This document shows, one piece after another, positions 10,045 to 19,045 of a stretch of 64,000 nt of DNA. The position numbers and the translations under genes are program-made. The DNA comes from Bacillota bacterium. GTDB taxonomy: Bacteria > Bacillota > Proteinivoracia > UBA4975. The notes beneath the pieces are model-generated. The model did not search any database. It was not told where the DNA came from and saw only the letters and a list, made by a program, of their open reading frames with translations. The stretch spans positions 150,251 to 214,250 of the forward strand of contig JBMNFF010000010.1 of the NCBI GenBank assembly GCA_050949165.1, written 5' to 3'. Each line of letters starts with the position of its first letter. Within the stretch, counting starts at the first letter, position 1.

Positions 10045-10317
10045 GTGAGTTACACCGACAAGACCCTGACCTGCCGCGACTGCGGCGCCGAGTTCATCTT
10101 CACTGCCGGCGAACAAGAATTCTACGCAGAAAAAGGCTTTACCAATGAGCCCGGACGCTGCAACGATTGCCGGTCCCGGAGACGCCGGGAGCGCAGCGGC
10201 GGCACCAGAGAAATGCATTCTGCCATCTGTGCAGACTGCGGCGAAGAGACCCAGGTTCCCTTCAAGCCCACCAACGGCCGGCCCGTCTACTGCAGCAACT
10301 GTTTCTCCAAGCGCTAA
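10045..10317 (+). CDS. Zinc-ribbon protein (zf-trcl plus CxxC-x17-CxxC)
   Basis: CRDCG.EF.FTAGEQEFY.EKGF.NEP.RC..CR and CADCG....VPFKP...RPVYCSNC. Confidence 0.92.
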   Translation: MSYTDKTLTCRDCGAEFIFTAGEQEFYAEKGFTNEPGRCNDCRSRRRRERSGGTREMHSAICADCGEETQVPFKPTNGRPVYCSNCFSKR

Positions 10318-10320
10318 AAC

Positions 10321-10358
10321 AAAAAAACCGGAATCTAGATTCCGGTTTTTATTTTTTT
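10321..10358. terminator. Intrinsic terminator
   Basis: aaaaaccggaatctagattccggttttt followed by a T tract. Confidence 0.85.
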
Positions 10359-10368
10359 GCCGGGATTG

Positions 10369-11265
10369 TCACTGGCCGCGCCACTCGACAACCCGAACCT
10401 TGCCCCGGGGCGAAAATCCCAACATTTTGAAGAGCAAGTTGGTGGCCTGATTGGCAGAGTCGGTATAGATAATCGCCTCTTTATAGCCCTCTTGCTCCAG
10501 GTGGTTGAGGGTTTCTTTTAGCATCCGCCGCCCGAAGCCCCGGCTCCGCTTGCCTGAAGGCGTGGCGGCGGCATTGATGCGCACCAGGCCCTGGTTGCTG
10601 TCCAGCACCGAGTAGAAAAGCGCGGTGGCAGGCTCGTCCCCCGCCAAGCCCAGGCGAAAAGCGGTCCCGTCATACCCCGGGGCCCCATGCAAGCGCTGAA
10701 AGGTCGCGGCATTTATGGGGGGAATGTCGTAAAAGACGGTGAGCCCCTGGTTAAAGATGTCCAGCCAAGCCTGCTGTAAGTGGGGAGCTTCGGCCAGGGA
10801 AAGCACATGAAAGTCATCGGTCCCCTCCTGAACCGGCGGCAGAACGCCCAGGCGGGCATGCAACTCCACATATTCCCGCACCACCTGAAAACCCTGCTCT
10901 TCCGGCAGGGGGAGGTGCTCCCCCACAGCCAAGCGCAGGATGGGAGGCCCTGAAGCAAGATTTCTGGCCAATTCCTGGCAGCGCCCCCACAAGGCAGCCC
11001 AGTCTTCCGAAGGTAAATCCCTGTCCACGGCAATGTTTGCATAGACGAGGTTCTCCTGAATCCCCCCCAATGTGACCAGGTAGGCGCAAGCCAGCAACTT
11101 GTCCTCGCCCTTGACCAGAAGACAGGATTCTTCTGGAGAAGGCTGGTACAGGGAAAACAGCTGCAGGAAATAGGCGAGCCGCCCGTCAACCCGCGCAATA
11201 CCAGGGCTAAACAGCCTGATTATATGGGGCAAAAACTCCCTTCGATAGTTGATCACCTCACCCAT
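10369..11265 (-). CDS. GNAT acetyltransferase (tandem-GNAT-like)
   Basis: C-terminal RSRGFGRRML...N..AT.LLFKMLGF acetyl-CoA motif. Confidence 0.75.
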   Translation of the reverse strand: MGEVINYRREFLPHIIRLFSPGIARVDGRLAYFLQLFSLYQPSPEESCLLVKGEDKLLACAYLVTLGGIQENLVYANIAVDRDLPSEDWAALWGRCQELARNLASGPPILRLAVGEHLPLPEEQGFQVVREYVELHARLGVLPPVQEGTDDFHVLSLAEAPHLQQAWLDIFNQGLTVFYDIPPINAATFQRLHGAPGYDGTAFRLGLAGDEPATALFYSVLDSNQGLVRINAAATPSGKRSRGFGRRMLKETLNHLEQEGYKEAIIYTDSANQATNLLFKMLGFSPRGKVRVVEWRGQ

Positions 11266-11339
11266 ATTCCATCACCCCAAAATATTCTCTATTCTCTTTT
11301 CCACAGAAAGCCAAGAATTCCTGCCTTTTTGGCTGAAGT

Positions 11340-12170
11340 TTATATAATTTCCAAGAGTTTTGCGCCCCTGCGCCAGGCCAAAACCTGGTGTACGGCAGTG
11401 ACCAGCAGCAAGGGCAGTCCAACCAGGGCCATGAGCCCCAGCCAGGCTTCCCAGGTATTGGCGGGACACCAGGGCAACAGGGCAAGCAGAGCCAGGCAGA
11501 GGCCGTCATATCCCCCCCAGATTGCCATGCAAATGGCCGCGGGCATGAGCAAACCGCCAAAGAAGAGGGCCAGGCTGCCCCAGGGATAACGGCCTGCGGC
11601 GAGGACGAGGAGGACAGCTCCCGTCAGGGCAGCTATGGCGCCATATCCTCCGGGCCACGCCCCTGTATGTAATTGCCCCGACCAGTGCCAGGTAAAGAGA
11701 TTGCCAGCAGCGCTCAAAAGCACCAGGAGCAACCAAAGCCCAGGAAGGATGACGCCGAGGCGTGCCCGGGGGTCGATCCTCTCCAGGGCCTGCCAAATCA
11801 ACAGAGCGAGCAAAACCGGCAAGACGGAAAAGGCAGCCAAATTCAGGGCCGGCGAAACAAAGAGCAGGTTCTTGACCGCCTCTTGCCAAGGCAGCGTATA
11901 GGCGATGCGCCCGACTTGGGCTAGCCAGATTAAAGGAGCGATGATGAAGCCCCGGCGCAAGAGGGCCGCCATCACCAGGGCCGCGGTCAGGAGCACCAGC
12001 AGCATCAGCCCGCGCAGGGCCGTTATGTATCCCCTGGCCACCGCCAACCGGTTGAGATTCGCATTGAAGGCGGTTACATCTCCCAGCAGCAAATCGGCAA
12101 AGCAGAGAACCGCCCAAAAAATCACCAGGGCAAAACAAAGGCGCCACCAACTATCGGGTCTCTTTAGCAT
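11340..12170 (-). CDS. Polytopic membrane protein of unknown function
   Basis: About 8 hydrophobic segments; RBS ggagggg. Confidence 0.7.
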   Translation of the reverse strand: MLKRPDSWWRLCFALVIFWAVLCFADLLLGDVTAFNANLNRLAVARGYITALRGLMLLVLLTAALVMAALLRRGFIIAPLIWLAQVGRIAYTLPWQEAVKNLLFVSPALNLAAFSVLPVLLALLIWQALERIDPRARLGVILPGLWLLLVLLSAAGNLFTWHWSGQLHTGAWPGGYGAIAALTGAVLLVLAAGRYPWGSLALFFGGLLMPAAICMAIWGGYDGLCLALLALLPWCPANTWEAWLGLMALVGLPLLLVTAVHQVLAWRRGAKLLEII

Positions 12171-12311
12171 GTCCATCCCCTCCGCAGATAATATTTTCGC
12201 CAATTCCCAGCCCTTTCCCTGCCAGGCAAGAGAGTTTTTCTTTGCTCCGGCAGGAGAATCTGCACCTATTGTGGAAATTGTTCCAAAAACGTGCACTGAG
12301 GGGGGCTGCAA

Positions 12312-14900
12312 ATGCATGTGACCATGGCCCTTATCTTTCGCCACATCCTCAACTTTCAACCTGAAAACAGCCCGCGCCTGCCGGCCAGTCCCAAACAGAG
12401 GTTGGCTGCCGACCTGGTCCGGTTGGTGGCCGAGCCCCGGGAGAGCTGGAGCTTTCACCTTCCCCCGGGCTCAGGACTGGCAGCAGCCCTGGGCGACCTC
12501 TTTCGCCTCTGGGCAGCCATCCGCTATTTCTATACCGGTCAGATTACCCGGCTCGGCATGGCCGGCGTCAGGCCGCCCAAATCCGGCGTACCCTGGCTGG
12601 AAATAAGCTCCGGCCCGCTGGAATCCGGGACCATAACTGTCAACGGCGACGGCACCCTGGCCTGTTTTCTGCCCCAACTGCCCCCGGGGAATTGCCGGAA
12701 CCATCTGCAGCAGCGCTACCATGTTACCCCGGAACTGGTAACCTGGCTTGCCCGCCGGCTGTGGAACTATTCGCAACTGAGGGAAGGCCAGTATGATATC
12801 ATCTCCCGCCTGGTTCAGGGCCGCAACGTCCTGGGAATTTTGCCTACGGGAGCGGGAAAATCCCTTTGCTTTCAGCTACCGGCCCAACTGTTGCCGGGGC
12901 TGACCCTGGTCATCAGCCCCCTTAAATCCCTGATGCGCGATCAGTTCTTCAACCTGGGCAAGGCGGGGGTCAGCGGCATGGAGTTCATCGACAGCTCCAA
13001 GACCGCCCAGGAGCGCCGACAGGTCATGGAAAAATTGCGCTCCTGTCAGCTAAAATTGCTCTATATCTCGCCGGAACGCCTGCAAATCGAGAGCTTCCAA
13101 CAGGAACTGGCCGAAACCATGGCCGCCCTTCCCATCAGCCTCTTTGCCATCGACGAGGCTCATTGCATTTCCGAATGGGGCCACGATTTTCGCCCCTCCT
13201 ACCTGCGCCTGCGCCATTTCATCCTCCAGATGCGTTCTCCCCCCATCTGCGCCCTCACCGCCACTGCTTCCCGCTATGTGCGCCAGGACATCCTCGCTCT
13301 CCTGGGCCTGAATCCCCAGGACATCATCACCCCCACCAGCATGGATCGGCCGGAATTGAGCCTCCGGGTCAAGATCCTCGACCAGGAAGAAGACCTCCAT
13401 CAGGAGATTTACAAGACCATCGAAACCGAGATCCCCGCCATCCTGGGCCGCCCTCTGGCGAAAATTCACGAGAAGGGCGCCGGGGTGGTATTCACGCCCT
13501 ATGCCGCGCCCCAGGGGAGGAGCACTCGCCCCCTGGGCGCCGAGGCCGTGGCCGGCATGCTCAAAGACCGGGGTCTGGATTGCCGTTGTTACCATTCCCA
13601 GCTACCCGATGCCGGCAGGATAGAGATACAGGACCAGTTCAAGGAGGATGCCTTTCCACTGCTGGTTGCTACCAAGGGCTATGGGATGGGAATCGACAAG
13701 GAGAATATCGACTATATTGTCCACGCCTGCGCGCCGGCCTCCCTGGAGGCCTACTACCAGGAAGCGGGACGGGCGGGACGGGACGGGGAACATGCCCACT
13801 GTGTAATCATCGCCCGTCCCCGCCGGGAGAAGTGCGTGCGGGAGAGCAGGGCGGTCCTGCCCCCCTGTCACCGGGGCTGGAAATGTGAGCTCAGCGGAGG
13901 CGAAAAATGTGATTACGGCGTCCAGGCGGGACTGCTGGCCCTGGAATATCCTCCGGAGCAGGAAACGGCTCAGCGCTTTACCCGCTTCCTGGCCCAGCTG
14001 GAGGAATGTAGCCAAGGAGAGGAAGTCTTCCGCTACCTCTGCCCCCACCGGGAAGCGGCCCAACAGCAAAAATACCTCTACTACCTGCAAACCTTAGGGG
14101 CAGTCCGGGAATTCAAAGTCCTGGAGTACCGCCGGGTGGACGAGGGCCAGTTCGACCTGCTCCTCCAGGTAGAACTCAGCGGCCCCCACAGCCTGGAAAA
14201 TAAGTACTGGCTGGCCGATAAGGTGGCGGCCCGAATCGAGACATACAAGGACCAGAAGCTGAATATGCTCAATACTGTCCAAGTGTACATAAATACCAAG
14301 ACTTGCCGGCGCCGCTTCCTGATGCAATATTTAGGCGAAAGGGTCGATTATCAGCAGTGCAACTTCTGCGACGGCGAGGGGATTTCCCCCGCCGCCGCCC
14401 CCGTCCCGGCCAAGACCCTGGGCCAGGAGCAAGCCCTGAGCTTGCTGGAGACGGCCTTGCTGGAACAGGACCTGGCCCTTGCCCTGGACCTGGTAAAGGC
14501 GGCCAAGGCCCTGGGCATTGAAGACGAGACCAGCGTCCGCTCGATGCGGGAATTAGAAGAGCAACCCCACAACCCTGCCGCCCTGCTTTTGGCGGGAATC
14601 TTCACCGCCCGGCGCCCCGAGACTGAGGCCTACGGATTGCGTAACCTGGCCGGGGCAGTGGAATTCGCCCTGGGGGAAGCTCCCCAACACCTGCCGACGA
14701 TCTTTGCCCTGCTGGCCCGGGAACAGCCGGAAAACGCCTACGCCCTGGTCCAGGTATTTCTGGACCAATTGGCTCCCGCCACCCTCCAGGAAGTCGCGGC
14801 GGTGCTGGACTCTCCGGACCAGTACCCCGACTTGCACCTGGCGCTGCTCTTGCCGTACCTGCAGCAAGTCAATGAGATGTTAAGGGAGGTGCCCAAATGA
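12312..14900 (+). CDS. Atypical RecQ-family DNA helicase
   Basis: LPTGAGKS, DEAH, ALTAT, YYQEAGRAGRDG, CRRRFLMQYLGE..CNFCD; extra N-terminal region, internal insert and helical C-terminus. Confidence 0.9.
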   Translation: MHVTMALIFRHILNFQPENSPRLPASPKQRLAADLVRLVAEPRESWSFHLPPGSGLAAALGDLFRLWAAIRYFYTGQITRLGMAGVRPPKSGVPWLEISSGPLESGTITVNGDGTLACFLPQLPPGNCRNHLQQRYHVTPELVTWLARRLWNYSQLREGQYDIISRLVQGRNVLGILPTGAGKSLCFQLPAQLLPGLTLVISPLKSLMRDQFFNLGKAGVSGMEFIDSSKTAQERRQVMEKLRSCQLKLLYISPERLQIESFQQELAETMAALPISLFAIDEAHCISEWGHDFRPSYLRLRHFILQMRSPPICALTATASRYVRQDILALLGLNPQDIITPTSMDRPELSLRVKILDQEEDLHQEIYKTIETEIPAILGRPLAKIHEKGAGVVFTPYAAPQGRSTRPLGAEAVAGMLKDRGLDCRCYHSQLPDAGRIEIQDQFKEDAFPLLVATKGYGMGIDKENIDYIVHACAPASLEAYYQEAGRAGRDGEHAHCVIIARPRREKCVRESRAVLPPCHRGWKCELSGGEKCDYGVQAGLLALEYPPEQETAQRFTRFLAQLEECSQGEEVFRYLCPHREAAQQQKYLYYLQTLGAVREFKVLEYRRVDEGQFDLLLQVELSGPHSLENKYWLADKVAARIETYKDQKLNMLNTVQVYINTKTCRRRFLMQYLGERVDYQQCNFCDGEGISPAAAPVPAKTLGQEQALSLLETALLEQDLALALDLVKAAKALGIEDETSVRSMRELEEQPHNPAALLLAGIFTARRPETEAYGLRNLAGAVEFALGEAPQHLPTIFALLAREQPENAYALVQVFLDQLAPATLQEVAAVLDSPDQYPDLHLALLLPYLQQVNEMLREVPK

Positions 14901-15502
14901 GTCAGAGCAAGCCCCTTTACCTGCAAGTTGAAGAAGCCCTCAAGGACTTCCAGTCCGGGGTAAGCCGCCTCAAGGCCCAGCAACGGGAAACAGAATCCCT
15001 CATTGCCTCGGGCAACCAGGCCCTGGAGAACCTGGTCCTGCAAGTTGCCCGCATCGAGAAAATGCGGGAGCAGGTCGAAGGGGACCTGCGCCTGCTGGAG
15101 CGCTTCCGGGAGCAGATCGATGGGGAGATGAGCGAGTTTCGCCAACAGGTGCTGGCGAAATTCAACCAGCACCAAGAGCAGACCGACAGCCGGGTAGATA
15201 ACCTCAAGACCGACCTCAGCGTCCGCCGCCATGAGCTCCTGGGCCTGATCCGGGACCTGCGCCAGCAAGTAAAGGAGCTGGAAGAGAAAGTGGGCGGCGC
15301 CAAAAAAAACCTGGAGGACCTCCAGGGCAATGAAGAAGCCAGGGACAAGGCCCTGGCCGGGTTAAGGCAGCAGGTGCAGACCTGCCTGAGCTGTTATGAG
15401 GAGCTGAATCGCCGCCTGGTCCAGGGCCGGCGCTGGAACAGGTATTTGTTGGCGGCAATAGCGGTAATGTCGGGTCTTGTAATTCTGTCCTTCCTGTTAT
15501 AG
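14897..15502 (+). CDS. Coiled-coil protein with a C-terminal transmembrane anchor
   Basis: Heptad-rich in L/E/Q/R; ends RRWNRYLLAAIAVMSGLVILSFLL; ATGA overlap with the RecQ stop. Confidence 0.8.
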   Translation: MSQSKPLYLQVEEALKDFQSGVSRLKAQQRETESLIASGNQALENLVLQVARIEKMREQVEGDLRLLERFREQIDGEMSEFRQQVLAKFNQHQEQTDSRVDNLKTDLSVRRHELLGLIRDLRQQVKELEEKVGGAKKNLEDLQGNEEARDKALAGLRQQVQTCLSCYEELNRRLVQGRRWNRYLLAAIAVMSGLVILSFLL

Positions 15503-15571
15503 GAGGTCGGCCGAACCGGACTGGGATACCGGACCGGCATGGCCCCCTGCCGCCCCGGCGCCGGGGCCTTA

Positions 15572-17218
15572 TTATTTGCCCAGTTTCGCCAGCTCCCGCT
15601 CGATGACTTCTTTATCCAGATTGGGGAAGAGGATCCCCGGCTTGCCCACGGCGCTTCCCGCCTCCAGGGTCTGCATCTCCCAGCCGGTGTCGGTCAGGCC
15701 CAGGGCTTCCAGGACCTTGGCCGAGGAAAAGGGCAGGAAGGGCGCCATTAACACCGCCAGGTTGGCGATGGCTCGAATGCAGGTGCCGATGGTGGCAGCG
15801 CAGGCGTCCACATCGGTCTTGATGCTCTGCCAGGGCGCCTGGCTGTCAAAATACTTATTGCAGGCCCTGACCTGCTCAAAGGCCAATTTCAGGGCATGTT
15901 TGAACCGGCCTTCCTCGATGGAGTTGCCCGCCGTGGTATAGACCGACTCGATATCGGCCAGGAGCTGTTGGCCCTCGGCGTTGGTTCCCGCCGGGACCTT
16001 GCCCTCAAAGTATTTGTGGATGAAGGTGATGGTCCTGTTGACCAGGTTGCCCCAGGCGCCGGAAAGCTCGCCATTATTGCGCTCGACAAATTCCCGCCAG
16101 GAGAAATCGGCGTCCCTGGCTTCCGGTCCATTGACGATGAGAAAGTAGCGGAGGCCGTCGGCCTGGTAGTTCTCCAGAAAGTCGGGAATCCAGATGGCCC
16201 AGTTCTTGCTTGTGGAGAGCTTCTTGCCCTCAATGGTCAGGAACTCGCTGGAAATCACCCGTCGGGGCAGGTTATAATCCTTGTCCATGGCCATGAGCAG
16301 GCCCGGCAAGATCACGGTGTGGAAGGGGATATTGTCCTTGCCGTGGACATAGTAACTGATGGCGTCCCGGCTCCAAAAGTCCCGCCACGCTTCCGGTCGC
16401 CCGATTTCCTGGGCCCAGCGCCGGCTGGTGGTGAAATAGCCGAGAACCGCTTCAAACCAGACATAGACCCGCTTGCCCTCATACCCCTCCAGGGGCAGGG
16501 GAATTCCCCAGTCGATATCCCGGCTGATGGCCCGATCCAGCAAGCCTTCCCGCAGGTAACGCTGGGTCATCTCCCGGGCATTGAGGCGCCAATCCGGCCC
16601 ATTTTCTTCAAATAACTTTTCCACTTCTCCCTGCAGAGCAGACAGGCGGAAAAACAGATGTTGAGTCTCCCGCTGGGTTGGAGGTTGCCCGCATAACTTA
16701 CAGCGGCGTTCAGTCAATTCCTCGGGATCCAGGAGGCTGCCGCAGGCGTCGCATTGGTCGCCCCGGGCGTCCACGGCCCCGCAGCGGGGACAGGTCCCCT
16801 CAACATAGCGATCGGGCAAGAACTTTTCACAGTGATCGCACCAGGTCTGCGCCACAGTGCGGGGGTAGAGCCAGCCATCTGCATGGAGGCGGCGGATAAT
16901 TTCCTGAACCTGCTCGCTGTGGGCATCATCCATGGTGGCGGCATAGCGGTCATAGCTGAAACCCAGGCGGGCAAAGTTGTCCACAAATTCCTGATGATAT
17001 TGAGCCGCGACATCCCTGGGACTGCGGCCCTCCTGGCCGGCCCGAACTGCAATGGGCGTGCCGTGGCAGTCGCTGCCCGAGACGAAGAGGACATTGTCTC
17101 CCCGCAGGCGGAAATACCGGGCCAGCACATCGGCCGGCAACAGGCCGGCGATATGGCCCAGGTGCAGAGAGCCATTGGCATAGGGCCAGGCACTGCAGAT
17201 CAAGATATTTCTCTTCAT
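15572..17218 (-). CDS. metG: Methionine--tRNA ligase (short form without the C-terminal tRNA-binding domain)
   Basis: AWPYANGSLHLGH, Zn knuckles, HGKDNIPFH, KLSTS. Confidence 0.97.
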   Translation of the reverse strand: MKRNILICSAWPYANGSLHLGHIAGLLPADVLARYFRLRGDNVLFVSGSDCHGTPIAVRAGQEGRSPRDVAAQYHQEFVDNFARLGFSYDRYAATMDDAHSEQVQEIIRRLHADGWLYPRTVAQTWCDHCEKFLPDRYVEGTCPRCGAVDARGDQCDACGSLLDPEELTERRCKLCGQPPTQRETQHLFFRLSALQGEVEKLFEENGPDWRLNAREMTQRYLREGLLDRAISRDIDWGIPLPLEGYEGKRVYVWFEAVLGYFTTSRRWAQEIGRPEAWRDFWSRDAISYYVHGKDNIPFHTVILPGLLMAMDKDYNLPRRVISSEFLTIEGKKLSTSKNWAIWIPDFLENYQADGLRYFLIVNGPEARDADFSWREFVERNNGELSGAWGNLVNRTITFIHKYFEGKVPAGTNAEGQQLLADIESVYTTAGNSIEEGRFKHALKLAFEQVRACNKYFDSQAPWQSIKTDVDACAATIGTCIRAIANLAVLMAPFLPFSSAKVLEALGLTDTGWEMQTLEAGSAVGKPGILFPNLDKEVIERELAKLGK

Positions 17219-17231
17219 ATCACACCTCCGA

Positions 17232-17468
17232 AATAATAGCCCGCCCCGGCCATCGGCCGGGACGGGCGTTGTCATCCCGCGGTACCACCCCGCATTGCCG
17301 CTGAATCAGCGGCCTCTCCCGCGCTGTAACGGGCGCACCGTCGCGGCCTCACCCGTCGGGCTCGACCGCAAAGCTCCGGGACCATGTTCAACCAGTTTTG
17401 GGCTGTCGGTTTCCACCCTCCCGACTCTCTGCAAGCCTACTGCCCGGTCTACTCTTCCCATCATCGCA
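17232..17468 (-). ncRNA. T-box riboswitch (Met specifier)
   Basis: Minus strand AGTA and AGAGA stem-I motifs, specifier gaacATGg, T-box GGGTGGTACCGCG, terminator hairpin before metG. Confidence 0.93.
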
Positions 17469-17479
17469 GTATATGGGCT

Positions 17480-17509
17480 ATTATAAACAGCCCTGGACTA
17501 AAATGTCAA
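17480..17509 (-). promoter_or_regulatory. Sigma-A promoter of the T-box-metG unit
   Basis: TTGACA-18-TATAAT on the minus strand. Confidence 0.75.
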
Positions 17510-17635
17510 ATTTTTATTTCCTACCCCCAGAAATACCCGTGGGCAGACGAATAAATAGATGAAAAGTTAGGCTCGTCTCTACTTTTCAACCCCCATATTC
17601 CACAGGAACTCCCGCCCCAACGGGAGTTCCACCAT

Positions 17636-17773
17636 TTATACCCTTTCAATCAGCGCCCAGATTATCGGCAAAATGTAGCGGCCCAGAAACCAGAGGATGG
17701 CCAGCAGGGCCAGGAGATAGGCGCCATGCCTGATCAGCGCCGTGGCGGGCTGTTTTGGTTCATTGCGGCTCAT
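17636..17773 (-). CDS. Small single-TM protein (45 aa), not in the ORF track
   Basis: MSRNEPKQPATALIRHGAYLLALLAILWFLGRYILPIIWALIERV; RBS gaggggtg; hairpin ggaactcccg..cgggagttcc just downstream. Confidence 0.7.
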   Translation of the reverse strand: MSRNEPKQPATALIRHGAYLLALLAILWFLGRYILPIIWALIERV

Positions 17774-17794
17774 GCCCTCACCCCTCTTTTTGCT

Positions 17795-17823
17795 TAGTTT
17801 GCCTCGGGGATGAGATGCTATAC
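17795..17823 (-). promoter_or_regulatory. Sigma-F/G-type promoter
   Basis: GTATA-N15-GGCAAACTA. Confidence 0.6.
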
Positions 17824-17824
17824 G

Positions 17825-18349
17825 CTAGAGGGCCGCCTCCAGTTTGGCAAAGAACTTCCGCACCGTTTCCAGGACCTCGGGACAGAACTGGCGCTGCAGG
17901 TGGACGGCGCCGTCCTCCTTCACCTCCAGGCCCGAGCTGGACTCAACCAATTGTTTCAAGTGGTTGCCCTGATCCCTGCCGTCATTGTGAACCAAGATAT
18001 TGCGCAGCTGATTATACTCCTTGAGCTGATTCCACTCTTCGCTGTCCCAGGGAAAGTCCACCCGGCAGACCTTGCTGAGAAAGGTGCCGGCCCGGATAAT
18101 TCCATTTCCCCGCAAATCCTCCACGGCCAGGCCGTCGCCTTTGGCCAGCCGGCGGCAAAGGCGATTCAGGTGGTTTTCCACAGCGGCGTAAATGGTCACA
18201 AACAGGGAACTGCGCAGCAAATTGGGAAAGTAATCCTCCAGTTTTCTGCGCTCATCCTCGGACTCCGCCCTATCTGCCTGATTGTCGAGGAATTTCTCCA
18301 CGGCTTCCAAAAATAGCTCCAATTCCTTGAGCTGTCTTTCAATCTGCAC
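17825..18349 (-). CDS. HEPN-like protein
   Basis: All-helical, with YAAVE and LRNILVHNDG (RNxxxH). Confidence 0.65.
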   Translation of the reverse strand: MQIERQLKELELFLEAVEKFLDNQADRAESEDERRKLEDYFPNLLRSSLFVTIYAAVENHLNRLCRRLAKGDGLAVEDLRGNGIIRAGTFLSKVCRVDFPWDSEEWNQLKEYNQLRNILVHNDGRDQGNHLKQLVESSSGLEVKEDGAVHLQRQFCPEVLETVRKFFAKLEAAL

Positions 18350-18379
18350 CCAATCCCCCCTTGAGAGCCGGGTATCCCT

Positions 18380-18408
18380 TATTTTCCCGTCTCCAGGGGG
18401 ATTTATTC
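18380..18408 (-). promoter_or_regulatory. Sigma-F/G-type promoter
   Basis: GAATA-N15-GGGAAAATA. Confidence 0.55.
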
Positions 18409-18415
18409 TTCTCCC

Positions 18416-18913
18416 TCAGTCTCTGCCGCCGGCTCCTCCCGAGCTCCGGGGCTCCGTGACCTGATAGTAATAATAAGTCAGGCATGCGATGAGCCCTGCC
18501 AGAAGGGGATCTGCGCCCGGCGCCTCGATATTCACGTCGTGGCCGAAGATCTCACCCCCCAGCCTGCCGCTGAGGCGCCCGTCAGCCCAGGTCAAATTAG
18601 CGCTAAAGCCGATCACTTCTCCTCCCACACGCCCCCAGATCTCAGTCCCGTCGGTGTGCAGAATCAGGTCTTTGCCGTCGATGACACCGCCCAGGCGACC
18701 GCTCAGGCTGTTGCCCCGGCGCTGGAGGCGCACGTCTTTGCCGATGATGACTCCTCCCAGGCGGCCCTGGACAAGAGTACCGTCATAGCGAAGGTTGATG
18801 TCCCCACCACGAAAGGCGCCGCCTATGCGGCCATAGATGGCCCCATCCTGGGCGGAACAGCTGACGGAGAAGCCGCCGATGGCTCCTCCCACCCTTCCCG
18901 CTAGTTCAAACAA
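18416..18913 (-). CDS. Gly-rich repeat protein (six 22-aa GRxGG repeats plus a C-terminal helix)
   Basis: GRVGG/GRIGG/GRLGG at an exact 22-aa period; TTG start with RBS gggggtgg. Confidence 0.75.
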   Translation of the reverse strand: MFELAGRVGGAIGGFSVSCSAQDGAIYGRIGGAFRGGDINLRYDGTLVQGRLGGVIIGKDVRLQRRGNSLSGRLGGVIDGKDLILHTDGTEIWGRVGGEVIGFSANLTWADGRLSGRLGGEIFGHDVNIEAPGADPLLAGLIACLTYYYYQVTEPRSSGGAGGRD

Positions 18914-19045
18914 TGTGCCACCCCCTATAAACTGTAGCGTTCCCGGCTCCCAGGGCATGCAGACCATAACCCGAAGGAAGCGATGTGCCGGACATGGTTC
19001 CGCTGCTCTTCCTCCCGGTCGCCCATGGGGACGTGCAATTCACAC

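Noticed and set aside
15500-15571. Third gene after the RecQ operon (aggagg at ~15501)
   Set aside because: No start codon at a suitable spacing; the region ends in a GC hairpin at the convergent metG stop.
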